Part shown: positions 1 to 10,500 of the stretch, piece after piece | How the letters are laid out: each line of letters begins with the position of its first letter | Numbering within the stretch: the stretch's first letter is position 1 | Source of the DNA: Candidatus Rifleibacteriota bacterium | GTDB taxonomy: Bacteria; Muiribacteriota; Ozemobacteria; Ozemobacterales; Ozemobacteraceae | Assembly: GCA_051747585.1 (NCBI GenBank) | Contig: JBNJGH010000001.1 | Span: 1 to 60,632, forward strand | Reading direction: 5' to 3' | DNA length: 60,632 nucleotides | Position numbers and translations under genes: made by a program | Notes under the pieces: model-generated | What the model was told of the DNA's origin: nothing | Databases searched by the model: none | What the model saw: the letters and a program-made list of their open reading frames with translations, nothing else

Positions 1-203
1 AACGCCGGAAGTTCTTCGCATAAAATAGTATTGGGGCCGTTTTCTTTTTCTTTATTGACAAGTTGCAGCATATTGCCGCTTAAAGAAAAGAAAATTTTGC
101 GGTTCGGCTCATTGTCACGCAAAGCAAAATTAGCTTCGTTTAGATATAAAAAACTTTTGTCGTAAGCAATTATCCCCGCAGCAAACTCTTTGAGATTTTT
201 CAT
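1..203 (-). CDS. Hypothetical protein, N-terminal part (runs off the window edge)
   Basis: Reading the reverse strand from ATG at 203 gives an open frame MKNLKEFAAGIIAYDKSFLYLNEANF... to the window edge. No recognisable motif. Confidence 0.45.
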   Translation of the reverse strand, partial: MKNLKEFAAGIIAYDKSFLYLNEANFALRDNEPNRKIFFSLSGNMLQLVNKEKENGPNTILCEELPA

Positions 204-298
204 AAGCAAATTTTAGCACAACCATATTGATACTTCCACTACCGGAATTGTAACTCAGTAATTATCCATTTGTTTTTAGAAACCGTTTCAAGACATTT

Positions 299-460
299 AG
301 ATTGCTTCGCTTCGCTCGCAATGACACCCTATTGCGGTCCCTGAGCGGAGTCGAAGGGACCAGCTAATTGTTCACTTGGTGGTTTCGACTACGCTCAACC
401 ACCAATATACGATGACAGCCACAAATTGTCATTGCGAGGAGCGTGGCGACGAAGCAATCT
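299..460. repeat. Composite REP-like/MITE-like palindromic element (outer inverted pair enclosing two inner hairpins)
   Basis: Outer arms are AGATTGCTTCGCTTCGCTCGCAATGACA and TGTCATTGCGAGGAGCGTGGCGACGAAGCAATCT. Inner hairpins are at 336-361 (GGTCCC..GGGACC) and 376-405 (TTGGTGGTT..AACCACCAA). The outer arms recur at 14367-14438. Confidence 0.85.
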
Positions 461-492
461 TTATCGAGTTGCCAATAGTATAATAACAATAG

Positions 493-1398
493 TCAGGTTT
501 TTATTTTAACCGGGTTATGCTCGATGTATTTTTCGTTTTTTACTTTAAACACCGGTATTAAAAATTCCGTTTCAAACCCGATTCCCTGGCTGGCGGGCGC
601 AGAAACCTTTATATGCCATTCAAAAAGGTGTGATTCCTCTGGGTAAGATTCTTTTACATCTTCGGGCATCGCAATAGTGGCTTTTATAAATGGTTTCCCC
701 TGGTAAATATCAGAGGGTTTGCGCTCGACTGAATAGTTTTCTTCGAACAATGTTTTATCTTCGGGTGAATCCGGTCCTTTCCAGACTTCTTCAAGATAGA
801 GTTTGATTTTAAAAGTGCCCTGTTTAATATTTTTGGGCAAAATAATATAAACATCGGTTTCATGACCTGGTATTAAGGGTTTTTGAGTCAATATCAATAC
901 AGATTCACCGTATTTTATATATCTTAATGTTGCTATTATAGAGTCATATATAACTGCCAGGGCTGCTAATAAGATAAAAATGCAGAAAAGCTTTAAATAC
1001 CAGGGCATAGGTTCTGAAGGATCTAATAAAACAGAGGCACATACAATGGCAAAAAGCGTAAAGGAAATTGCCAGAGTTATTTTGAAAAAAATGTTTTTTA
1101 GTTGTTGCGATTTAAGCGAAAATGATTGCCAGAAAGGGTAAATTTTCCAGGGTTGTGATTGATTTTTTTCATACAATAAAAACTTTTTTCTTTTGTGCGA
1201 ATAAGAAAATAAGCCGAAACCTCCTATTGATACTCCTGATATTAGAAAAAGCAGGCTGACAATTATTCTGGTGCTGTAAATGGATGTTGCTTTATAACCT
1301 ATGTAAAAACCTGCCAACATCATTATCAGGCCGGGTATCGTAAACGCAATTGCACTGAACAAAGATGGCGGGTATATGGGAAAATCTCTCACTTTCAT
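493..1398 (-). CDS. Hypothetical membrane protein (about 4 TM helices plus a soluble beta-rich C-terminal domain)
   Basis: 301-aa ORF with GGAGG RBS upstream and two pairs of hydrophobic segments. Divergent from giant protein 1. Confidence 0.75.
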   Translation of the reverse strand: MKVRDFPIYPPSLFSAIAFTIPGLIMMLAGFYIGYKATSIYSTRIIVSLLFLISGVSIGGFGLFSYSHKRKKFLLYEKNQSQPWKIYPFWQSFSLKSQQLKNIFFKITLAISFTLFAIVCASVLLDPSEPMPWYLKLFCIFILLAALAVIYDSIIATLRYIKYGESVLILTQKPLIPGHETDVYIILPKNIKQGTFKIKLYLEEVWKGPDSPEDKTLFEENYSVERKPSDIYQGKPFIKATIAMPEDVKESYPEESHLFEWHIKVSAPASQGIGFETEFLIPVFKVKNEKYIEHNPVKIKT

Positions 1399-1443
1399 AA
1401 TTTATCCTCCCTCTCTTTGAATTATAACAAAACCATAAAAAGA

Positions 1444-1471
1444 TAAAGATACAGTCCAAATCAACCGATAT
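1444..1471 (+). promoter_or_regulatory. Putative sigma28 (FliA/SigD/WhiG)-type promoter upstream of giant protein 1
   Basis: TAAA-N16-ACCGATAT, compared with consensus TAAA-N15/16-GCCGATAA/T. Confidence 0.45.
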
Positions 1472-1569
1472 ACAGAAGGAATATTTATATGAATTCATAA
1501 AAATCTTACCGGTAAAAAGGATATATAACAGATGCTGAAGCATTTTCCGGAAAATGCCAAGGAGTTAAT

Positions 1570-4500
1570 ATGAAGCGATTAAATGTGCTGTTCTTCGCTT
1601 TGCTGATAATATTTAATTTTTATACAATTGAAGTTGCAAAAGCAGACTTTGAAATGATCAATGTCCAGGTTTCGTTACAAAACGATGCCGATGCCAATGG
1701 TTATGTCAATCAAGGCGACACAATAAGATGTCGTTGTAATGCAGTTGTAGACCCGGGGGACAGCCCTGATGGCTGGCAGGTTCCGCCTACTGTTGATCTC
1801 TCCAATATTGGGATGTCTAGTGTAACTATGAATGACCAGGGCGGAGATACATATCAGGTGGATGTTGTTCTCAATAATTGGAATCAGAACATAAATTATC
1901 AGTCTGAAATAATAACCTTTTATGCGATAAGTGCGAATGATTTGGTCTTAAGAGAATATGATGTTTCTGTGGTTTTTGATCTTTGTCAGGTTGAGGGAAC
2001 TGGAGCAAGCGCTTCTCCAAACAATGCCGGAATTGGTTCAACCCTCTTTATTGAAATTACCGATAATAAATATCAATCAGACCCTTCAGGCGGAACTGTT
2101 GCTACAGTAAATCTTGAACCAATTGGTTTGAATGCTACTACTCCTTTAACCTACCAGGGTGCTGGAGTATTCAGCGTTACTACTGATCCAATTCCGGAGG
2201 GAATTAACTATACGGGGCCTTTGACTATAACATTGAACGATCCAATGATAGGTCATCCCGCAATTGGTTACCAAACCAACAATATTAACGTTGATACAGC
2301 CGGTCCGGATGTAGATTTTAATGCAACAACTGTTGTTATTCAATCTGGAAATGCCACCGCTATTCCGGGCGATGTGCTTCGTATAACAGCAGGTGTCAAT
2401 ACTTATGATAATGAAACCGTTACTGTTTCTAATGCAGACCTGGATGCAGTAGCGGCGAATCCGCCTTTAGCAGGTGGGTTAGCTATGCCTTTAATAAGTT
2501 CTTCAGGCATCGGGAACCCGGCAACCTGGCAAGTTGATGTCACTCTAAGCGAAGATGATTTAAAAAATACCAGTTTGCCAATAACTTTTACCTTTGAAGA
2601 TGATATGGGTAATGTCAGTACTGTTACCAGGTATGTGCCAATTGATCTGGATAAACCAAACATGGTTGATTCTTCGGTTAATATTATGTTGCCTGATGGT
2701 GCTTATTCATCTTTGGATGTGGCTACAACATCATGTACTTTGGAAATGGTTTCCACAATTACTGTAGATGTAGGCCCTGATCCTCTAACCGTAACCATTG
2801 ATCTGAGTCCTATAGGGGGGGCTTCAGATCAGCCAATGTCACAGTTTGGTCTCTCAGACCAATATAAAGCCACTTATTTAATTGGCCAGGGAGCAATTGA
2901 GGACGGCGCACAACACACTTTTGTTGTTTCGGCGCGAGATGATGCAGGTAACCTTGTGGCTCAGGCTACCACCCCTGTCATAAGAATTGACAACAATCCT
3001 CCGGTCATATCAGGAGCTTCGCTTAGTTCTGATGATGCTTATATTGGTGTAGACGATACTTTTACCATTGAATGCACCGCAACCGGTGTAGAAAACGGCA
3101 GCGTCACCGTTGATCTTTCGACTATTGGCTTGAGCCATATTGCAAACTTGCCAAATGTTGGCGGAAATACCTATCGCAGTTCGTTTATTTTGCCTGATTC
3201 CCGTGATCCGGGGGTTCCCGGAGTAGTAGACGAGCTTAAAGGCTTTAAAATATCAGTGAACGATACGGTCTACCCTGGTGATGTTACAGGTCACATTGAA
3301 GAAGCAGATACCAATATGATGATGGTCGATAACGAGCCCCCGACCATTCTCGATACTCGCAGTGTTTACAGTCATAATTACAATACATCTGTCGATGATG
3401 GTTTCGTTCGAATTGGTGATAGCTTGAGCTTTCATGCCAGAGTGGCCAGTGATCCCATAAGTGTAAAAATAAATATGGCGGCTCTCGGTCAAAGCAACGC
3501 AGAAACAATGATTGCTTCTGCCGCTCCCTCAGATGGCCTTGATGGTTGGTATGATTATAACCTTTACGGTGGGGTTGCTACAGGAACTTTTAATCAAGCT
3601 GTTGGGGTGCCGTTTACCGTAACTTTAAAAGATGATGCCAACAATGCTACCACCACGCAGATATTGATTGATATCGATAATAAACCGGTTGAAATTAACG
3701 GATTTGAGGTAAATGTCTCTTATAAACCAGGGCGAAGTGACCCAGATCCGAGTATTATCAATCTCAATAAAACTCTTGACATCAGAGTTCCATTCAATAT
3801 TCCGATACCTGTCGATAACGCTACGGGGACAATTGACCTCAGTGAAATAGGTGGTAGCAGTGCCGCACTTATGAACGTGAGTAACGGATCTTATTCAATC
3901 AGTATAGATACTTCTGAATCTAGTTTTGATTCAGCTGGCCATAAATTCAGGGCAGTAATTGCTGACGAAGCAGGCAATCTGAGTGTTGCCAATTCATCCG
4001 TTTATCAGGTTGACTGCCAACCTCCTGCTATTCTTAATGCAACAGTTGAGCAGACAAGCGGGGGTGCAGTCGCTATTGTGGGCGATACACTTAAATTCCG
4101 CGCAGAAGTAGAAAACAATGAATCTGTTCTTCCAACTGTAGATTTGAGCGACATTGGTGGAAACAGCGAGCAGGAACTGGCATCAGCAGGGGGCGGATGG
4201 TATGAATACATTGCCACAATTCAGAACGGTAATCTCGATGAGGTTACCAATGCTTCATGGACAATAACAGCATGGGATGATGATTATAACTATGCAACCG
4301 CTTCTACAAACATAATTAGTGTCGATAACTACGGACCTGATCTGGTTGACGGACTTGATCTTGAAATCAATGGCAGTTCTGTAACTACTTTGAGCACAAT
4401 CAAGATCGGTGATGTTCTGGATTTTACTCTCGATATTAATAATACGGTTGGTACCGGTCCGGCAGTCATAGACCTTCGAGCCGTTGGTGGCGCGGCCAGT

Positions 4501-7500
4501 CAGACTATGGTCTATAACAATGCTACTTCTGCTTACAGTCTAAATTTTACTGCGGGGGTGGCTACCGATGAATATACAGATTATAAATTTGTTGCCTATG
4601 TTGACGACGAAAATGCCAACAGGGTAACAACCCAGTCTCCTAATGTTCCTGTCGTTGATTGTCAGCCGATTACCTTTAGTAACTCTGACATTGGGATTTA
4701 TGAGGACAATGGAGACAACCCCGTTTCCGGTATTGCCAACATAGGTGATGAAATCATAGTTTATACAACCGCATTGAACTATGCAGATGCGGTCGCGTCA
4801 GCTACTATTGGCTCAGGAACCTCTGATTTCGAATCGGCGGTTATGACTTTCAATTCATCAACCAATCGTCATGAAGCGGTTTTCACTGTAAAAGAACCCG
4901 GTGTCGATGGCTGGGGGACTTTAACCGGTTCAACTTCAAAACTATATTTCAAACTCACTGGGCTGGATGACATTGGTAACCTGACTGAAACTGGTCGTGC
5001 TACCTCCAGCTTTACCCTAAGAAATGTAAACCCTGAAATTGATTATAGCAATACAGGTTTTGCTCTTGATCCAAATAGCTATCTTGAGACTGCAGGCGGT
5101 TACAAGGTTTTTAATCTGGCATCAGATACAGTTGGCGATCGTTTAATTGCCAGTATAACCTTTGCCGACAGTTTACCGATTCATAGAGCCTGGCTGGATT
5201 TCTCGGAACTGGGAACCGGCACGGTAGAAATGATCGAAAGTGGTGCTAAAGCAGAAACTTCGGCGGCGGGCGTTGCCGTTTCTGATTTGCCGGAGCTGAA
5301 TTACGTAAAAAAAACCGTATATATGTATGCCCAGGATGAAGCAGGTAATATTTCAAGTGCTTCAGAAACTTTCTGGATCGACAATGTGGCACCCTCTTTA
5401 ACCAAAGCTACATTTGATGGCGAAACAATTCAGGTAAGTTTAAGCGAAACTTACAGTAATCTTGTTTACAAGAACTTTGAATTGGTCGGTAGTAATCCGC
5501 CACCTTTGAATACCCCGGTTTACCTGGATTTTACAACTGCCAGTCCCACCGTTCTGGAAGACCTTACCAGTTTTGAAATGAAGCTGAACCATGATCACCA
5601 GAAGGAAGTTGCTCAGTGGGCTTCAACCCCGGTTTATCTAAAAGTAACTGATACAAATGTTGCTACTGCACCATTGACAGACCTTTCGGGTAACTGGTTG
5701 CCCAATGTTGATTATTACCCGGTTACAATTACCGACAGCCTGTGGCGGGAGCCTGCGCAAATAACTCAGTTTACTGTAACTCAGAACTGGCCGGCTTCTG
5801 TAACTCTTGATATCTTTTTTAACAAAGATATGGATAAAATATCAGTGGTTGCTTCAGATGCCGTTTTTCTTACATCGCCAATTACTTATGATTTTACAGG
5901 TATAGATTACACAACTGGTTATGTGTTGCAGCCAGAAGATGTGGCCACTATAAGCTGGCCATTAGATAATCACATGCGGATTTCACTTTCTGAAGATGGC
6001 CGCGACTGGGTTGCCAGAAAGCTTGGCAATGGTTCTACCAAGCTTTATTTTGCCAACAGATCAGCTGGTCACACTTTCGCTTATGACAGTCTTGGCAAAC
6101 CAATGGATAACGTTCCAACTTCTGCTCCGATCGAGGCTGTAGATAACAGACCAACTCCAAGCTTTGATTTCTATGGCCCTCCTAATGCACCTTTCCTTAA
6201 TCTGGCGAGCAAAACATTAATTTTGACCGCAAATGATCGATTGCTTCTTTCTCATAGTGATTTTGATGTCAATGATAGTTTGTTGCCTGATATGGGAATG
6301 CCGGAGCCCACCAATAACAACAGGGTGACAGACTTTTTTAACAAAGCTGTTCTGCATGATATAGACAATGGTACCAGTAGAACTCTGGAATTGCAGGGTC
6401 TTGATATCAGTATTAACGATGAATTCGCCAGCAGCACGGTTACGCTTCATTTAACCGATGATGATTTTAAAAATATTCTTGATATGTTTGAAGCAAACCA
6501 CGCGCCTTTATGGAGAATGGCAATAGGTGCGGGGGCATTTACCAATCTCTGGAATACGCCAAGCACAGCTTATCTTCCATCAGGTAATCCAGGGGCAATA
6601 AAGCTCGCTACTCCTACTGTTTATACAGCTGTTACATTTGCAGCCTGCTCAATGAATGACAAGCCGCCGGTTAACCAGAAAAATTCCGGCGATCTGCTTT
6701 TTGATATTGAAGTTTACCCGCCTGATTTCGATGGAGTAAGTATTCCTTTGCAGTATCAGGTTGAGCCGAAAGTAAGTATTGTTAACCAGAATGACGGTAG
6801 TCTTATTTCAAGCGGCACTTTTGTCAGCTATTCCGAAAGAACTGTTGACGGTAAATTGCGAAGCATGTTCAGGTTTTCTAACACTTCCGATTTTCCGACC
6901 AATCTGCAACGGGTTCCTGCAGAAATTGAAGTTAACGATATAACCGATATTTTTGGAAACACTTATTCGGTTACAGCTTCTTATGCATATGATCTTAATA
7001 CCAGAAATGATTCATTGCCTGAAGGTTATAGTGATACCGCTTCAGCGCCAATTGAAATAGATACGCAAAAACCGGTTGTGAGTACAATCATTCCATCTGA
7101 TGTAATAGGCGAAAGTCCGGCAGGTTCAGCTTTTAAAGTTTTATTTGATGAAGAAATGGATACTGCTTTTACACCGGTATTGTCTCTTGCAACAGACAGC
7201 AGAACTATAGGTTTTACTTTTACGGGATGGACAGCGACTGCTACTGCTAACTTTACCAGCAATTCCGCCTTTACACCCAGCCTGCCAAACGGCTTATGGT
7301 ATTATGAGGTGACGGGCGGACAGGATATATCGGGCAATGCTCATGCAGGTACCGCAGAAAATGCTTTTCCTGTACAGGTTAGGACTTATGCCCCGGAGGT
7401 CTCAGTCGGCAATATAACCCTTAGAGCAACCCAGCCAAATATTTCTGCGACAAATTACGTGGTTGATCAGCCTTGGGCATCTCAGCTAAGCGACGGAATA

Positions 7501-10500
7501 TTCAGTATTACTTACGATAATCCGCCAACTCAATTTTTACCCCATTACCTTGAAATATTTGATCCATCAGATGATACAAGACTGGGAAGAGTTGAAATTA
7601 CTGTTGATGATGTTACCGGGTTGGCTACGGCGACGTTCTCGGATTCCGATTTTTATGCTGCGCCGGTTTATCCTGGTGATACCGGTCCAACGACCTATTT
7701 TACCAGAATTGTTGATTCTGCAATGAATCAGACAGCTTCAATCTCCAGCCTGGTTTACGATAACCTGAGTCCTGACCTGGCAACTTTCACTCTGAGTGGA
7801 ATCGGCTCTGAAACCGCAGACACATGGTATTATCGGCCGACTTCAGGCAACTTTACTGCAAATGTAGTTACTACATCTACTACCGATAAGCTACGTCTCG
7901 GTCTATATTCTGACGCAACCGGAGCTACAACCACAATATCTCTTAATCCGGGTGCTCTGCCAGGTGAATACAATGTCCAAACCGGCAGTTCTTTAACGGA
8001 TGGTGATTATAAACTAACGGTTCTCGACTTGGCCGGAAACATGGGTACGGGACTGGCCAGTCGTAAACTGGTGGTTGATTCGACTCAGCCTGCCGTAACA
8101 GCAATTTATCCCGATGATATCGTTGGCAATTGTCCGTTTGGCGGAACCGAATTCAGGGTTGTTTTTTCTGAAAAAATGGATGCCGATCCTGCTTACACGC
8201 CTGTTTTAGAACTTGCGACCAGCGCAACTTCTATTAGCCTGCAATTCGATTCCTGGGCCGATCCGGATATTGCTACAACCGCTATTTATACAAATGCAGA
8301 GCCGGTTGTGTCGACAATGCCCGCAGGTATTTACGATTATTCAGTGACCGGCGGGGTCGATCTTGCCCACAATAACTTATCTGAACCGGCAGCGGGTAGT
8401 TTCAAGGTTGAAGTTCAGTCTGAGGGACCTTTTGCAAGAATCGACAATTATACCTTACAACCTCATATCTATAATTCAGCGCAGAAAAATATTGCCTTTA
8501 ATCCAGATTATGGTGGAGGATCGGCTACTTTAAGAATTGATTATAGTGGCGGCCCATTCAATACACCACATGATTTAAGAGTTTACAATTCTTCTGACAA
8601 CCAGGTTGCCACTTATTCCGGTTTGCCGTCGGGCGATCCGATAGAAATACAGTTGTATGATTCTGACGTTGGTTCCTGGACCTGGGCTACTGGCCCTTCT
8701 GATGGCACTTATCGTTTCAGAATTGCCGACAGTCTTGGTAATATCTCAGGCTCATCTTTACCCGAAGCTTTTAAATTTGACACAGCTTCACCTTCGATGA
8801 GCAGTTTCAATATGGAGAGTTATGGCATTGCTACCGACACCGGTGCAGGCCTGGTCTGGTATTATTCGCCGGAATACGGTGCCGCTACTTTTACCATTAC
8901 AACTTACGGCAATGATGAAGTTAGATTGCTGGTCACCAATACTACAAATGCTACTTATACTAAAGATATGTCAGGAACCGGCACCTATCATCAATGCCAG
9001 TATGGCGATAGTCTTGCCGATGGCATATATGCTGTTTCTGTAGTTGACCTCGCCGGTAATTTTGACATTGGAAGTTTTACCCCACTTATGGTTGAAAGCA
9101 CCAGGCCAACAGTCAGCTCTGTCAACCCAATTCTTGCCGGTGGAGTAAAAGCAGGCGAAGGAATCTTTGAACTGACTTTTAATGAACACATGAATACAAA
9201 TGTGGCTCCTACAGCAAACCTTGCCAGCGATGCGGCTGTTATACCATTGACTTTTGTTTCATGGTTAAGTACCGATACGGTTCGATTTACCAATACCAAT
9301 GATCTGGATGTTTATCCTACCGCTACCTATAGTTACCATATCAGTGGCGCAAGAGACCTTGCAGGCAATTTGAACGAAGACCCTGCAACCGGTTCATTTG
9401 AAATTCAAATGTTTACCACTCCGCCAAGTGTTACTGCAACATTGAGGTCTCAGCAGCATTTGCTTACAGGTTTAACAGAGCTGTTTGATCAACCATATTC
9501 GCCGGATGTGCCGGGAGTTGCCAGTTTGAGTATCAGATACCAGCAGGGCCCTTATCAGGTGCCTCACAGTCTGCTTGTTTATAACAGTTCCAATGTTCAG
9601 GTTGCAACACTTACTATCAATCCCGATGTCGCCAACCAAACCGCTACTGCGACTGTTAATGCCTGGTTTTTCGGAAGTCCGGGCAATAACGGTCCTTTGA
9701 ATTATTCATTTAGATTGATGGATAGTATTGGAAACCTGAGTGCAACCAGCACAACAACTATTGTTTATGATGCGCTTGAGCCTGAAATAGGAACGGGAAC
9801 CATAACCAATGTTTCTGACGCCAGCTCTGACCCTCTGTACTACAACGAGCAGCTGCATGGTGATTTGCAGGTGGTATATGAGACCAACACCGCAGATCCT
9901 TTAAGAATGCTCTTGCTTAACGGGGTAGCGACTTACAGCTATGATATGACTGTCGACCCCTTGACTGATATACATAATGTTGCTGTCAGCCAGGCCTCGG
10001 CTTCAACTCTTGCAGAAGGCGCTTATGTGTTGACCGCAGCAGATATGGCAGGAAACTTTGCCATTGGCGATGCATCATATACCCCCCTCATAGTTGACCG
10101 AACCCCTCCTTCGGTGGATTCGGTTGTCGCAGACGAAGAACCTTTGCCAACTTCAGAAGCCGGCGGAGCAACCTTTACCGTAACTTTCAATGAATCAATG
10201 AGTGAACTTGGTTCGCAAGAACCTTCTTTGTCTCTTGCAACTGAAAGTAAAACAATAAGTTGTTCTTTTGAATCCTGGATTAATTCAACTCAGGCAAGAT
10301 TTGTGACCGCCGAGGCAATTGAACCTGATATTCCGCAGGGAATTTATAATTGCTCGGTAACAGGTTGGGATTTAACCGGTAACAAAGTTGCCACTTCGAC
10401 TGCCGATACCATGGAAATACGCTCAAGAGGTCCGGTAATTGATGAAATTTATGCTCAGTCTTACCAGTCTACCACTGCAAGCGACAGCAGCGAAATTCTT

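Noticed and set aside
299..460. Possible CRISPR array or tRNA
   Set aside because: The repeats are inverted rather than direct with unique spacers, and there is no tRNA cloverleaf or cas gene.
1292..1543. 83-aa minus-strand ORF overlapping the 493-1398 gene start
   Set aside because: It spans the divergent promoter region and overlaps a better-supported gene.
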